NCBI GenBank assembly: GCA_040382515.1
Contig: JBEIFH010000019.1
Coordinates: forward strand, 1 to 28,183
DNA: 28,183 nt
Source of the DNA: Chlamydiia bacterium
Lineage (GTDB): Bacteria; Chlamydiota; Chlamydiia; Chlamydiales; RGXB01
Direction: 5' to 3'
Within the stretch, counting starts at the first letter, position 1; the number at the start of each line of letters is the position of its first letter. Of the stretch, positions 1-8,339 are shown in pieces. Under the pieces are notes generated by a model. The model was not told where the DNA came from. It saw nothing but the letters and a program-made list of their open reading frames with translations, and ran no database searches. The position numbers and the translations under genes are program-made.

Positions 1-490
1 CAATGAAGTTGCTGCTGGTGGTCCTGTAGAGCACTTCGTTAGGAGATATTCTACAACTTTTGGTGGATATTTCCAAAATTATCAAAAATATACCTGGTGG
101 GGTGTAGGCCCTGGGATTGGTTCCAGAGTAAATTATCTCCTCGGTAAAGGTGTGAGTGTTTATGGAAACGGATTCGGTTCATTACAGTACGGCTTGACCT
201 CAACAAGAACCTCTACAGTAGCATCTCCAAAATCGGGTGCACCCGGTGGTGAAGCGATTATGTTGTGTAGCCTTTATCAATTCTCCCCTGGTTTAGAGTT
301 TGAGTTAGGTATACAGTGGGCCTATACATTTGACGATGAGCAAACAAAAATAGGCTTTTGTATCGCTTATGATAATGCCTACTATTTCATGACCATGAAA
401 ACACCTGTGCCACAAATTGCCCTTCGTACTGAAAACGGTGCCGGTTTAGGGTTACAGGGACTTGTTTTACAAGGGATGCTCGAGTTTTAA
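1..490 (+). CDS. MOMP-like outer-membrane beta-barrel protein, paralog 1 (5'-truncated by window edge)
   Basis: The frame is open from position 2 (NEVAAGGPVEHFVRRYSTTFGGYFQNYQKYTWWGVGP...). It carries the QNYQKxxWWGxGP and RxENGAGLGxQGLVL...F motifs of the five downstream paralogs and ends in Phe. The track's start at 152 is an internal GTG. Confidence 0.85.
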   Translation, partial: NEVAAGGPVEHFVRRYSTTFGGYFQNYQKYTWWGVGPGIGSRVNYLLGKGVSVYGNGFGSLQYGLTSTRTSTVASPKSGAPGGEAIMLCSLYQFSPGLEFELGIQWAYTFDDEQTKIGFCIAYDNAYYFMTMKTPVPQIALRTENGAGLGLQGLVLQGMLEF

Positions 491-514
491 TATCACAAAA
501 AAAATTGAGAAAAG

Positions 515-546
515 AAATGGAGATCGAATGATCTCCATTTTTATTT
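515..546 (+). terminator. Intrinsic terminator after paralog 1
   Basis: AAATGGAGATC-GAAT-GATCTCCATTT, an 11-bp perfect stem followed by a T-rich run. Confidence 0.8.
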
Positions 547-581
547 AAAAATAAAACAAAAAATTTTTTGAAAAAAAAGTA

Positions 582-610
582 TTTACAATTCTTTTTATTT
601 TAGTTATAGG
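582..610 (+). promoter_or_regulatory. Candidate sigma66/sigma70-type promoter of paralog 2
   Basis: TTTACA (582-587), 17-nt spacer, TATAGG (605-610); the AT-rich background lowers confidence. Confidence 0.4.
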
Positions 611-623
611 TAGATTAAAAAAT

Positions 624-662
624 AAAGCCGTAGCTTAACCATTAACCTTTTTGAGGTAAAAA
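624..662 (+). promoter_or_regulatory. Conserved porin leader element (AAAGCCGT box + TAACC-TTT-AGG hairpin over the SD), copy 1
   Basis: AAAGCCGT at 624-631 with G627 36 nt before ATG663; ACCT-TTTTG-AGGT overlaps the SD; same layout at 2022 and 8301. Confidence 0.7.
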
Positions 663-1772
663 ATGAACATCCGTAATGTTCTTAAACTTCCGCTCTTCTT
701 AGCAACTCTAGGATTGACCGCCGGAAATTACAATGATAATCAACAAGGCTCTGATTGTGCGCCTTTGTGTTACGCGGGTCCTGTATTAGACTGTGATAAT
801 AATTGGGACATTTTAGGGGCCGCAATCTACGAACAAGTAAACGTACAAGGAGCTGAGATTGCCGCCCTAGTGGATAGATCAACAGCCCTTTTTCCCCAAA
901 ACGGAAATGGAATCAATCCAACAGAGACTCCATCGTGGGGTTTTAAACTTGGTTTGGGATATAAAAACTGGATTGATAATTGGAGATCGTATGTTACGTA
1001 CACCTGGTTTAAAGCTACAAGCAATTTGAACTATCAAGCTGCAGTCGGACAACAATATATGCCCTCTGCTTATGCCAACCAATTTGTTGCTCTTCCAGAC
1101 AACCCAGAATTAGACGAGGAATATGGTTTTACTAATCTACAAGCTGGAAACTACACATTATTGAATAACTTGAATCTCCTATTGGGTAGGCCGACATTGA
1201 TTACGGAAAATCTTGAGCTTACAACATCATATGGTGTTACAGGAAGCTGGTTTACGAGAAGACAAATTGCTGTTTTTACCAATGAAACAACCCCATCACC
1301 TGCAAGCTTTACCACTGCACAGGGTGGATATTATCAAAATTACCAGAAATATCTCTGGTGGGGTGTCGGACCTATGGTAGCCTTGCACTCTGTTTACTAT
1401 TTCGGTGGCGGCGTAGGCTTGTATGCAGATGCTAATGTTGCGGTCACATACGGACTTTCTGAGTGCAGAACATCAACTTTTGCCAAGAGACAAACTGCCC
1501 CAACCTCAGCAGCTCCAGTTTATTCCGCTTCAGAGGCGGTTGTTCTAAATAATTTATACCAATTTTCTCCACAGTACTATTTCCAACTAGGATTTAATTG
1601 GTCGCAGAATTTTAAAGAGGATTCTTTAAGGGCCTCTTTTAATATCGGATACGAGACAACCTATTACCATCAAGTTATCAAAACTATCACTCCCGAGATT
1701 GCTTACCGCGCAGAGAACGGTGCAGGATTGGGAATGCAAGGGTTGGTGCTTCAAGGTATGCTTGATTTCTAA
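663..1772 (+). CDS. MOMP-like (Lpg1974-type) outer-membrane porin, paralog 2
   Basis: 369 aa; N-terminal signal peptide; CxxxCYAGPxLxC; WGFKLGLGY; WWGVGP; amphipathic beta-strand pattern; C-terminal Phe (GMLDF); GAGG SD. Confidence 0.8.
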   Translation: MNIRNVLKLPLFLATLGLTAGNYNDNQQGSDCAPLCYAGPVLDCDNNWDILGAAIYEQVNVQGAEIAALVDRSTALFPQNGNGINPTETPSWGFKLGLGYKNWIDNWRSYVTYTWFKATSNLNYQAAVGQQYMPSAYANQFVALPDNPELDEEYGFTNLQAGNYTLLNNLNLLLGRPTLITENLELTTSYGVTGSWFTRRQIAVFTNETTPSPASFTTAQGGYYQNYQKYLWWGVGPMVALHSVYYFGGGVGLYADANVAVTYGLSECRTSTFAKRQTAPTSAAPVYSASEAVVLNNLYQFSPQYYFQLGFNWSQNFKEDSLRASFNIGYETTYYHQVIKTITPEIAYRAENGAGLGMQGLVLQGMLDF

Positions 1773-1793
1773 TAAAGAAGAATCTTCGAAAGC

Positions 1794-1825
1794 AAAAAGG
1801 CCGGTGTCCAACCGGCCTTTTTTTT
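1794..1825 (+). terminator. Intrinsic terminator after paralog 2
   Basis: AAAAAGGCCGGT-GTCCA-ACCGGCCTTTTT followed by more Ts. Confidence 0.9.
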
Positions 1826-1846
1826 GTATCAAAAAAATTTGAGATC

Positions 1847-1869
1847 CGATATAAAAAAAATTTATATCG
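1847..1869. repeat. 9-bp inverted repeat upstream of paralog 3 (possible operator)
   Basis: CGATATAAA-N5-TTTATATCG. Confidence 0.45.
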
Positions 1870-2021
1870 CAAGAAAAGGAAGACAAGGTTAAAAACCTCG
1901 TCCAAAAATAAAATATTAAACCTGTAAAACTTTTTCTCATAAATAGATCTAAATTAAAAATTATTTTTGATTTTTGTTTTAAAAAAATCTATTTTTGTAT
2001 ATGAGAAGAATTAATAGGAAA

Positions 2022-2060
2022 AAAGCCGTTTGATGAATATCTAACCTTTAAGAGGAAAAG
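2022..2060 (+). promoter_or_regulatory. Conserved porin leader element, copy 2
   Basis: AAAGCCGT at 2022-2029 with G2025 36 nt before ATG2061; TAACCTTTAAGAGG. Confidence 0.7.
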
Positions 2061-3290
2061 ATGAAAACTTACTTAAGTAAATATCTTCCTGCATTTGTAG
2101 CTTCATTGGCTGTTGCCTCTGGGTTACAGGCTGAAGAGAATAAATCTAAAGACAATAAAGGGTCGAATTGCGTAGATCTGTGCTATGCTGGACCCAACTT
2201 GGATTGCAGTGATAATTGGCAAATTTCGGGGGCAGCAATTTACGAGCAAGTGCGCGTGCAAGGAGCTGATGTAGCTCTCTTAAGCGATGCCCAAGCTAGA
2301 TTTACCCAAGTTGCTTTTCCCGTAAATGCCACAACAGTTGAACAACCTGAGGATTTCTCATGGGGATTTAAACTTGGTTTAGCTTACAGCGATTTCTTAG
2401 ACGACTATAGAGCAGCCATCCGTTACACTTATTTTAAAGCAATTTCAAATTCTAATTTGGAATCGGGTTATAATTTTGGTTTTGCTCCTTCAGCTTTCAT
2501 CAATCGGGCATTATTTAATGTAGCCACACCAACCGGTGCAATCACCTCAGCCGTTCCAACACAGGTTCCGATTATCGGGGGCCCTGTTACAGGATCTCCT
2601 AACTATCAAAGTGTTTTGTTCCAAAACTTACAATTAGGGACATCCTCAGTTATCAACTCCTTTCAAGTGACCCTTGAGAGACCATCATTAACGACACAGA
2701 ATCTTGAAATGACCCCCTATTATGGAGTCGCTACATCAATCATCACGCGTCGTCAGGTACAAGTTTTTACCAACGATTATTATGGTGGCACAACCAATTA
2801 TGCCTATAACTTTTATGACACAGAAAATGGAGCGTTTTTCCAAAACTACCAGAAATACACATGGTGGGGTGTTGGACCTTTGGCAGGGTTAAGGACTAGT
2901 TTTCTGGTTGGTTCTAACACGAGTGTTTACGGGGATGTCTACGGTGCATTGACCTACGGACAATGTTCAACAAGAGCCAGCACGTTCTCAAAAAGAGTTA
3001 CAGCTGTTTCATCCGGCCCTCAAACATCGGCAAACTACTTGCCCATTGAGGCAGCTCTTGAGCAAAGAATGTTCCAATTTTCACCTGAAATCGACTTCAA
3101 CATCGGTGTTCGTTGGGAACAAAAATTTCAGGATGACTCTAAGCGTGTAAGGCTGCAAATTGGATATGAAGCTGCTTATTATTTCCAAGTCATGAAGACA
3201 ATTGTGAACGATACACTCAGCTATAGAACAGAAGATGGTGCAGGGTTAGGGATACAAGGGCTTGTTTTAGAGGGATGTTTTGATTTCTAA
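2061..3290 (+). CDS. MOMP-like outer-membrane porin, paralog 3
   Basis: 409 aa; signal peptide ending ...GLQA; CVDLCYAGPNLDC; WGFKLGLAY; QNYQKYTWWGVGP; C-terminal GCFDF. Confidence 0.8.
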   Translation: MKTYLSKYLPAFVASLAVASGLQAEENKSKDNKGSNCVDLCYAGPNLDCSDNWQISGAAIYEQVRVQGADVALLSDAQARFTQVAFPVNATTVEQPEDFSWGFKLGLAYSDFLDDYRAAIRYTYFKAISNSNLESGYNFGFAPSAFINRALFNVATPTGAITSAVPTQVPIIGGPVTGSPNYQSVLFQNLQLGTSSVINSFQVTLERPSLTTQNLEMTPYYGVATSIITRRQVQVFTNDYYGGTTNYAYNFYDTENGAFFQNYQKYTWWGVGPLAGLRTSFLVGSNTSVYGDVYGALTYGQCSTRASTFSKRVTAVSSGPQTSANYLPIEAALEQRMFQFSPEIDFNIGVRWEQKFQDDSKRVRLQIGYEAAYYFQVMKTIVNDTLSYRTEDGAGLGIQGLVLEGCFDF

Positions 3291-3319
3291 AACCTAGTTT
3301 GATCCAGCAGTGTTTCAAC

Positions 3320-3350
3320 AAAAAGGGGTGCCAAAAGGCGCCCCTTTTTT
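3320..3350. terminator. Probably bidirectional intrinsic terminator between paralog 3 and the convergent GT-like gene
   Basis: AAAAAGGGGTGCC-AAAA-GGCGCCCCTTTTTT, with an A-run before and a T-run after the stem. Confidence 0.85.
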
Positions 3351-3446
3351 ATTATCTTTTTAGAAAGGTAAACTCTAATTTAAAAGACTTAGTATGGAAC
3401 TGCCAAGAGTCTTGAAAATCTTCATTCGCACTCACCCTTAATAGGT

Positions 3447-4490
3447 CTAGGGCTTTTTTTGGAGTTTTTTTTCCATTTCAAGAGACTCGATCATGTATTG
3501 GCTATTATTTCCAAGACCAAAAAAGAAAAAATGCCTCTTCAACGCGAAATCTAGATTTTGGCTCAACGCGTTAGTGTCGTCGTAGTGCCATAGATGTTTG
3601 AATGGATTGCCAAGGCCGGCTTTTAAGGGATAGGATTTGCTATATTTTGCAAAAATAGTGGATAGGACATGCTCTTCAGGGAATACCGATAAAAAGGGGA
3701 ATCCGCTTTCACAACAGGCATAATAGTCCTGCAAAAATTTTTCCACCGGAGGGTAGGAAAAATCCAATCCAAACACGGGAGTTGCGACCCTATAGTTTAA
3801 GAGTGGGTTAATTCCGGTAATTTTTTCTAGTTCAATGAGAGAAAAAGTTGTGAAGTTAACCCTTGACATGATTTTATCTTTTACCAAAAAAGCATGATTT
3901 GATTTGAGGGCCGAAAAAATCGGGTCCAAAGACCTGAGGGGCATCAGCCTGGCATCCACCCATAAAACATGTGGAAAGCCTAAATTTTTAGCCTCAAGCA
4001 TCAAAAAAATTTTAAAGCTGTACGGAACAGCTGCGTATTGCATCTCTTTTCCAGTTGGATTGGGAAACCCGCCAATGCGAAAATAAACATACCCATCATA
4101 TCCGATCGCTTCCAAATTTTTGATCATTTGAAAAATCAATTCAGGATTCCTTTTTTTGGATCCGTCAATTGTGGTTACAATACAGCGACTTGAGCCTTTG
4201 TTTACCTTTACTAGTCTTTTCGTCTGCTGGTTTGAGATGAGCTTTTGGGTACACCCCATTAATACCCGTTGATACAAATGGTCTTTCATCTCTAGAAAAG
4301 AAGAATAATTGAGGGAAAGCCTCTCTTTTTCTATTAAGAAAAGGGAATCGATATTTTTTTGTATTGAGGAATTTTGAATCCTATCCTCAACTTTTTTTAA
4401 AAATAGTTCCTCATTTTCTTCATAGGTTGGCAATTCAAAGAAAAAAGGGCTTAGATTGAGGAATAAAGAGAAGAATAGTATCTGAAACAT
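3447..4490 (-). CDS. Hypothetical protein, GT-A-like glycosyltransferase candidate (paralog A)
   Basis: Hydrophobic N-terminus; YFRIGGFPNPTG..VPYSFKIFLMLEA..GF..VLWVDAR and a later PEEHVLS segment resemble the metal/acceptor motifs of GT-A enzymes. ATG at 4490 follows an AAGG SD; the track start is GTG 4496. Confidence 0.55.
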   Translation of the reverse strand: MFQILFFSLFLNLSPFFFELPTYEENEELFLKKVEDRIQNSSIQKNIDSLFLIEKERLSLNYSSFLEMKDHLYQRVLMGCTQKLISNQQTKRLVKVNKGSSRCIVTTIDGSKKRNPELIFQMIKNLEAIGYDGYVYFRIGGFPNPTGKEMQYAAVPYSFKIFLMLEAKNLGFPHVLWVDARLMPLRSLDPIFSALKSNHAFLVKDKIMSRVNFTTFSLIELEKITGINPLLNYRVATPVFGLDFSYPPVEKFLQDYYACCESGFPFLSVFPEEHVLSTIFAKYSKSYPLKAGLGNPFKHLWHYDDTNALSQNLDFALKRHFFFFGLGNNSQYMIESLEMEKKLQKKP

Positions 4491-4498
4491 GCACACCT

Positions 4499-5548
4499 TT
4501 AGGAAAAAATAATCTTGGAAATTTCGTCAACACCCTCATTGGAAACACCAAAAAAGAAGAAATGTTTCTTTTTTGAAAACACTGCTAATTTTTGGTCGGT
4601 TTTAGAGGAGTGGGAGTAGAGGTAGAGTTTGGACCAGATCTCAGGGGCCTTTTCATTTAAAAAACCCGCAGCCGGAAAATACTTTTCAAAAAGAGCCGCA
4701 AGAAAGATCTCCTCAGGATAGCAGGAAAAAAAGGGGAGGCCACTTTGACAGCCACGATAAAATCCGTCGATCACATTTTTTACATCGGGATGGGACATTT
4801 TAAGACCCAGTACGGGTGTTGCCAAAGCGCGGTTTTTTTCGTATCGGGTACGGGTTAATTCAAAGATGGAGACTTGAGATATTTGAAAGATTTTATTCTC
4901 GTCAACGGTGTGGGTCAGATTCAAAAGCGAGCCGTGTCGCTCCATAAAATCAAAAAGCGGCTTGATATCTCGAAGCGGGGTCAATCTTGCGTCCAACCAG
5001 AGCACTAAATCGAAACCTAGCAGTCTTGCCTCCTCCATCAGAAATATTTTAAAGGCATAAGGTGTAGCGCACAAATTTAGCTCTATTCCTCGTGGGGTCG
5101 GGTAGCCTCCTATTCTATAGTACAGATACCCATTGAAACCGGTATCCTCAAGTGCCTTCTTCAAGTTATCCAGAAGATTTCTTGGTCTTCTTTTGCTAAA
5201 TCCAATACAGCTTACAACCAGATTTTTCCCCCCTCCATTGATTTTGATCAGGTTTTTTGAGGGGAGCTCTTGATCCTCCACATCTGTAAGGCGCATGTTC
5301 AAAGCGATATCGATCCGTTTTAGAACCGGATCGAGCCCTTTTTTGAATGCGGATTGAGAATGGATGTTCCTTAGCGTTTTCTCTTGTTCGTAGATTTTTT
5401 TCAAATTCTCTTCAAAAGGGTGTTGATCCAATAGAGAATCAATTGCCTTGAAATCCTCATAGGTGGGATTTTTTGTTTCAGGATACTCTATGTAAAATGG
5501 GGAAAGGTTGAGAAAAAAAAAGAGCGTTCTAAAAAAAGGGATTTGCAT
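4499..5548 (-). CDS. Hypothetical protein, GT-A-like glycosyltransferase candidate (paralog B)
   Basis: 349 aa; clear tandem paralog of 3447..4490 (FLNLSPF, YYRIGGYPTPRG, PYAFKIFLMEEA, VLWLDARL, ATPVLGL, PEEIFLA, HFFFFG). Confidence 0.55.
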   Translation of the reverse strand: MQIPFFRTLFFFLNLSPFYIEYPETKNPTYEDFKAIDSLLDQHPFEENLKKIYEQEKTLRNIHSQSAFKKGLDPVLKRIDIALNMRLTDVEDQELPSKNLIKINGGGKNLVVSCIGFSKRRPRNLLDNLKKALEDTGFNGYLYYRIGGYPTPRGIELNLCATPYAFKIFLMEEARLLGFDLVLWLDARLTPLRDIKPLFDFMERHGSLLNLTHTVDENKIFQISQVSIFELTRTRYEKNRALATPVLGLKMSHPDVKNVIDGFYRGCQSGLPFFSCYPEEIFLAALFEKYFPAAGFLNEKAPEIWSKLYLYSHSSKTDQKLAVFSKKKHFFFFGVSNEGVDEISKIIFS

Positions 5549-5549
5549 A

Positions 5550-5607
5550 GATAGCTTCTAAAATATTTAAAAAAAAAGTCTTTAATTTAACTCTTTTATA
5601 AGCTATC
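5550..5607. promoter_or_regulatory. 14-bp imperfect inverted repeat in the divergent intergenic region
   Basis: GATAGCTTCTAAAA (5550-5563) and TTTTATAAGCTATC (5594-5607) are 13/14 complementary and enclose an A9 tract (5569-5577). Confidence 0.6.
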
Positions 5608-5616
5608 ATACTCTTT

Positions 5617-6639
5617 ATGTCTAAATTATGGATCTCTATTTTTTTTATTTTTGCTGCTTATAACCCTTTTATACAGGGTGAAGCCCCTTCGGAATGGCAG
5701 AGAACTGATCTTATTTGGAATTTTGGATTAAGGTCATTGTGTGACGTGGGTGTAGAAGATCTACCGGACGTCTATTTCAAAGATTGGGAGTATCCATACA
5801 AAAAAGAAAATTACGCCCCCATCCAAAACGGTTCTTTGGTATGGCTTAGACCCTCTTTTTTAAAACCCTTTTATAGGGATTATCTAAAGAATCTCGATAA
5901 AAAAATTGTGATTATAATCTCTGATGGAGATCATTCCTTTCCAAAAGATTGCGGTTTAAACCCCACAGAAGTCGAAAATTTTCTAAACCACCCTTGTGTT
6001 CAGCATGTATTCACACAAAATTTCGATTACAAAGGTCAGTCAAAAAAAGTGACCCCTATCCCTATAGGGATCGACTTTCACTCTGTAGCATTCAAGGGGG
6101 GATACTGGGGAGATCAGGGGACACCGCATGACCAGGAAAGATATTTAAAAAACCTCATCGCTGAGGCGCCCCCTACAAGATCAAGAAAAATACGAGCTTT
6201 TGTAGATTTTCAACATAGCGAATCTATGCGTGCCTCGTTCCAAAGATATAAAGAATTCGGCGAGGACAGAACGGCAATTTTTGAAAAAATACGTAATAGT
6301 GGTGTTGTCGATTTTGCATCCAAGATGCCTAGGCATTTACTTTGGAAAACAAAAACAGCCTATGCTTTTTCGATAAGCCCTTGGGGAAATGGGCTAGATT
6401 GTCATAGAACTTGGGAAGATCTTGCTTTAGGTTGTATCTTGATCGTTAAAACCTCTTCTTTGGATAGATTGTACGATGGATTACCTGTTGTCATAATAAA
6501 AGATTGGAATGAGATCACTGATGAAAATCTCCATAGATGGTTTGAGCTTTACAAAGATGCGTCTGAAAATAGTTTCTATCGAGAAAAAATCACGAACCAA
6601 TATTGGTTTAAAAAAATTATATCCGCAAAAAGTCTTTGA
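5617..6639 (+). CDS. Exostosin/GT47-like glycosyltransferase candidate
   Basis: 340 aa; hydrophobic N-terminus; PIPIGID and FSISPWGNGLDCHRTWEDLALGCILIV...LPVVIIKDW match the C-terminal signature of exostosin-like GT-B proteins. Confidence 0.65.
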   Translation: MSKLWISIFFIFAAYNPFIQGEAPSEWQRTDLIWNFGLRSLCDVGVEDLPDVYFKDWEYPYKKENYAPIQNGSLVWLRPSFLKPFYRDYLKNLDKKIVIIISDGDHSFPKDCGLNPTEVENFLNHPCVQHVFTQNFDYKGQSKKVTPIPIGIDFHSVAFKGGYWGDQGTPHDQERYLKNLIAEAPPTRSRKIRAFVDFQHSESMRASFQRYKEFGEDRTAIFEKIRNSGVVDFASKMPRHLLWKTKTAYAFSISPWGNGLDCHRTWEDLALGCILIVKTSSLDRLYDGLPVVIIKDWNEITDENLHRWFELYKDASENSFYREKITNQYWFKKIISAKSL

Positions 6640-6952
6640 TGCTCTATTTTTTCTTTTCTTTAAGAGACCGCTAAAATCCTATTGAAAGCCCCCTTTTTTG
6701 AAACTTTTCGACCTTATTACTTAGTAAGCTGTTTAAATTTTTTAAAAAAATCTGTAGAAAAACGGTCCATTTTATCCATTTAAGCAAGTTTTGAAAAGAC
6801 TCTATTAGATTTCTTTGTGTTGCAGGATATCCCTTAACTTGATTCTCAAGGGTTTTTCGCCCGTTCATTCAAAAATTGTTTTCACTAATTGAGAACTTTT
6901 GTAAATAGAAGATAAGTGTAAAAATACTGTTTTAAATTCTATAGGATTTACC

Positions 6953-8125
6953 ATGAACAGAAAAATATCAAGTTCCTTACCGATGCTGTTCTTCACAGCC
7001 GGATTATTTGGAGCAGCAGGAAATAGTTCAAGCAATACAAAGGATGTGATCCAAGATTGTGCACCTCTTTGTTATGCAACACCCATTTTAGAGTGTGAAT
7101 CACCCTGGGAGTTAACAGGAGCTGCGATCTATCAGCAATTCAGGGCGCAAGCATCAGAGATTGCGATTATCAGCGGGAACGTTGCCGACCAGCCACAATT
7201 AGTGAACTCTAACACCCCTCTTTATTCAAACCCCTCTTTTAACGGAAACCCTTGGAATGCAAATGGGGTAGAAAATACCGAGGACTTTGGTTGGGGATTC
7301 AGAGTTGGTCTTGGATACAGAACATGGTACGATGACTGGAAAGTCAATGTGCGCTATACCTACTTAAAAACTATTACTAACAATCCCGGGCTACAACAAG
7401 GCTATGATAGGGGCTTCAACCCATCTCAATATGCCAACCAGGCGATTAATGGGCAATCGACACTTACCCAAGCGGTTTTTGGGCAAGTTCAGCGCTCGGC
7501 TTCCCAATTATTTAGAAATTTGGACTGGGGCGTAAGCAATATTTTCAATGATTTAAATTTTACGTTGTCAAGGCCAACAAAAATTTCAAAAGATCTTGAA
7601 TTGACAACCTATTTGGGAGTCGATGCCTCCTTTTTCACTAGAAGAGTCAATCCTGTCTTTACAAGTGCATTTGACGGGGGATACGCATATACTAGTGGTC
7701 TTTTTTACCAAAATTATCAAAAAATACAATGGTGGGGTGTCGGTCCTATGATAGGCCTGCATTCAAATTGGTATTTGGCCTATGATTGGAGCTTCTACGG
7801 AGATGCTTATACGTCATTGGAGTATGGTCTATCTACTTCAAGAACCGCTACTGCATCAAAGACAAACTTAACACTAACAACCAGAGAAGCTAGCATACAA
7901 AATGTGATGTACCAGTACAGCCCTAACTACTATTTTGCTTTGGGTCTATCCTGGAATAGGATTTTGGAAGAATTTGAGACGAAGATCACCTTCAATATTG
8001 GGTACGAAGCTACCTACTACGGACAGGTGCTCAAATCTCTTATTCCAGAAATCAACTACAGAACCGTCAACGGTGCCGGTCTGGGGATTCAGGGATTGGT
8101 ATTGTCAGGTGTTGTAGACTTCTAA
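6953..8125 (+). CDS. MOMP-like outer-membrane porin, paralog 4
   Basis: 390 aa; signal peptide; CAPLCYATPILEC; WGFRVGLGY; QNYQKIQWWGVGP; C-terminal GVVDF. Confidence 0.8.
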   Translation: MNRKISSSLPMLFFTAGLFGAAGNSSSNTKDVIQDCAPLCYATPILECESPWELTGAAIYQQFRAQASEIAIISGNVADQPQLVNSNTPLYSNPSFNGNPWNANGVENTEDFGWGFRVGLGYRTWYDDWKVNVRYTYLKTITNNPGLQQGYDRGFNPSQYANQAINGQSTLTQAVFGQVQRSASQLFRNLDWGVSNIFNDLNFTLSRPTKISKDLELTTYLGVDASFFTRRVNPVFTSAFDGGYAYTSGLFYQNYQKIQWWGVGPMIGLHSNWYLAYDWSFYGDAYTSLEYGLSTSRTATASKTNLTLTTREASIQNVMYQYSPNYYFALGLSWNRILEEFETKITFNIGYEATYYGQVLKSLIPEINYRTVNGAGLGIQGLVLSGVVDF

Positions 8126-8153
8126 TACCATCAATTAAAATAAGAAATGAATC

Positions 8154-8182
8154 AATTCCGGAAGAAACGCCGGAATTTTTTT
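8154..8182 (+). terminator. Intrinsic terminator after paralog 4
   Basis: AATTCCGG-AAGAAACG-CCGGAATT followed by a T-run. Confidence 0.75.
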
Positions 8183-8300
8183 ATGTTTTTACATTTATGA
8201 AAAATCTGGCCTCTAGACTATTCCAGAATAGGTTTTTAGGTACTTCCAAATATAGTTCTTTTTTTTAAAAAAAAGTTTTTGTAAATGGAAGATATCAGAA

Positions 8301-8339
8301 AAAGCCGTAGTTTAAGCTTAACCCTTTAAAAGGTGGATC
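8301..8339 (+). promoter_or_regulatory. Conserved porin leader element, copy 3
   Basis: AAAGCCGTAG at 8301-8310 with G8304 36 nt before ATG8340; TAACCCTTTAAAAGGT. Confidence 0.7.

Noticed and set aside
5513..5646. Coding homopolymers near the GT-like gene starts as ON/OFF phase-variation tracts
   Set aside because: Runs of 8-9 nt also occur in other genes (G8 in thyX at 23449-23456, A9 at 12479-12487); here they encode Phe-rich hydrophobic segments.
6671..6868. 65-aa minus-strand ORF between the GT47-like gene and paralog 4
   Set aside because: No recognisable motif or SD; it lies in AT-rich DNA upstream of paralog 4 and is likely spurious.
8282..8311. sigma28 promoter (TAAA...GCCG) as the explanation of the GCCGT box
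   Set aside because: TAAA-to-GCCG spacing is 18 nt here against about 15 expected, GCCGTAG departs from GCCGATAA, and the other two copies lack a correctly spaced TAAA.
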